Source of the DNA: Podarcis pityusensis
Taxonomy: Eukaryota
Direction: 5' to 3' (one strand)
NCBI GenBank assembly: GCA_964106645.2
Contig: OZ067046.1
DNA length: 64,000 bases
Shown here: in pieces, positions 61,820 through 64,000 of the stretch
How positions within the stretch are numbered: position 1 is the stretch's first letter
Layout of the letters: each line of letters opens with the position of its first letter
Notes under the pieces: model-generated
The model's input: only the letters and a program-made list of their open reading frames with translations
Told to the model about the DNA's origin: nothing
Databases searched by the model: none
Translations under genes and position numbers: made by a program

Positions 61820-62780
61820 ACAATGAACACCCTGAGGTAGGAAGTGGGCTAAAGATGACCACAATTTTATTGGTAACAGCATATTGGTTTGGAATAACAT
61901 ACGGTTAGGATCCTGTCATTGGCCAATATCTCTCCTCAACCTGATGAATGGGCACCAGAAAAATGTTTCAGGACTTACATACCCAACATAATGCAACCAC
62001 CTATAGAGGGTCCTACCTGAAACCTGGGGGTGTGACTGTCAGCCTGACCTCAGGCAGCCCATCTGCTGACCAATGCCTCTCCTCAGCCTAACTGCTGGGC
62101 ACCAGGAGGGTGCTGTGGGATCCATAGGCCCACCACAATGCAGTCCACTCTTTTCTGCAACCTGGGATATCCAGTCCCTCAGCTGGAGCTGAGGCCTTCA
62201 CATGCCACCACCCATGGAGGTAATCCTATTAGACGATAGATCCTATCCATTGCCCCACTGCCACAAAGGCAGAAGCACATGCTGAAAGTTTCACCACTAG
62301 CCCTGTACGCAGGCCTGCATATCTGCCAGCTAAAAATCTGCCCAATCTATGAATGGGGTAGTCAGATGAGCTCCTCTCATTGGTGTGAAATACACAGACT
62401 TTTCTCCTTGACCCATCCATCTTCACCAGATCATGTGTCCATCACCACACCCAATGTTCTAGCAAGTTGTACCACCAGACTGCAAGCCCCAGGAAGGACT
62501 TTGCAACTGGGTCAAAGTTCATTGTGATCACCAGGGCAATTAAGGGCATTCCTTTTTCCCAGATCATTCTTGCTAAACTGAATGAGCAAACTTCTGGAGA
62601 ACTGTGTGTGGCTACCATCTCTGCGATCATGAGTACTAGGCCATCCTATGCCATGTTGCACATGTCAAACTAAGAGACTTGAGTTCCGCTGTGAGGACCC
62701 AAGTATGGGCCCCACATGGTGGTGATGGTGTGTTGGTGTACCCAGTGAATTATGCTATGCCCTCAAATCCAAATCTGCCT
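61820..62780 (-). mobile_element. Decayed Ngaro/DIRS-like element: SGNH-hydrolase ORF relic plus downstream terminal region
   Basis: Minus-strand motifs in order: QIWI*GHSIIHW (62777-62742), LIQFSKNDLG (about 62586-62557), RGAHLT (about 62377-62360), LADMQACVQ. These match SGNH blocks I, III and V. Stops and frameshifts present. Confidence 0.65.
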
Positions 62781-64000
62781 TGAGCCTAGTAGGTGAAACA
62801 CTCCATTATGAGCCTGGACCACAAGGAAGAAGTTCTCACCCTGATCTGTGTGCAATCCCTGCCCCTCAACAACTGGCTGAAGCCCAGATTGGCTCTCACT
62901 ACATCACAACCTGGCCCAGACCACAGTGTAGCACACTCACTCTGAAGCTCAATTGGCTCCCTCCAAGCTTGGTGCATGAGAGACACAAAGATGTAGCAGA
63001 GATGGCAGCAAGCGTTGGCTTCCCCTCATCCTATTACTGAACATAAACAAAAATATATCTGTACAAGAAGAACATTGAAAAATGCAGCAAGAGCCATTCT
63101 GCTTGAAACTGATGGATGGTACCAATGGACTTCTTGATGTTATTTGCCTGTTATTAATTGCACCCTTTGGTTTGTTAAAATCTATTTCATGCAGAGCTGG
63201 ATTATCGGTGACTAACACTGATTTCCCTTTTACTAACGGAGTCAGGAGCAAAAGCAATTTTATATTCATTTGGGATGGTTTGATGTAATGTTTTTCAAAT
63301 TACATTCTAGGAACCTGAGATTCTTTAGAAGCTTATTGGTTGTTATTCAAAGAGAAGCCCAATATTGGCAGAGAAGCTTTCCTGAACTCACTATCCATCA
63401 GACACTAAAAGGTATAACCACCAGGAAAAGCTGAGTGTACACTCTCAGTCCCTGTAAAATGATAGTGAAGCCCAGCAGTCCTAGATAGCACTTGGCTTGT
63501 GTGGATATTATTTATAGAAAAACATTTATATACCACTATTCATAAGAATATCAGAGTGGTTTACAACAATTATACATAAACTATACAATAAAAATGTTAA
63601 ATACAGAAACCAGCTAAGCTTATGGAAAGATGTATTCACCTGCATAAGCCTAACAGAACAGATAACTTGAAAGCTGAAAGAGAAGTTTCCTTTTAAATCT
63701 CTATTAGCTGTATTCACAATAATGGGCTGCTGACACATTATTATTATTTTTTTAAATTCACAATTCTCTGCATTGTTCTGATGCAGTTCTCCAACTGCAA
63801 CAAAAGTGTACAAAAATATACTAAGAGAAGTCGCACACAAAATTGCACGTTAGGAAAAACAACATACAAAAATAAAGTGGATTATAGTTTTGCTGGCAAA
63901 ACTAGGCAAAAGTGCACAGAAAAATGTGTAATAGGAAGAATGTGAAGAAAAAATGCATTTTCATGCATTTTTTTTAAGGAAATGGATACAGAAATGGGGT

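Overview
Vertebrate genomic DNA, not microbial. The combination of Sauria SINEs, BovB, Squam3-like SINEs, tRNA-Lys/CR1 SINEs, young L2 and reptile-type L1 points to a squamate, probably a lacertid lizard (inference). I recognise no host protein-coding gene. The window looks like a long intron or gene desert: AT-rich unique DNA with several enhancer-like blocks, interleaved with about 40 transposon insertions, microsatellites and a 150-N assembly gap. All ORFs I can identify are retrotransposon-derived. The points most worth following up are these. (1) A 1.8-kb L1 with intact 5' and 3' ends and a perfect 17-bp target-site duplication (TSD), whose ORF1 N-terminus is joined directly to the last 57 codons of ORF2. 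(2) A second L1-tailed family with a decayed ORF2 tail but perfect TSDs. Together (1) and (2) are candidate non-autonomous L1 parasites. (3) A young 5'-truncated L2 with a fully open 621-aa reverse-transcriptase (RT) ORF started by flank-derived ATGs. (4) A Sauria SINE flanked by a ~59-bp duplication. (5) An RTE copy with an inverted 5' part. (6) A decayed Ngaro/DIRS-type SGNH-hydrolase ORF. (7) A candidate recursive splice site and two orphan exon candidates. Family names come from motif recognition by eye, not database searches.
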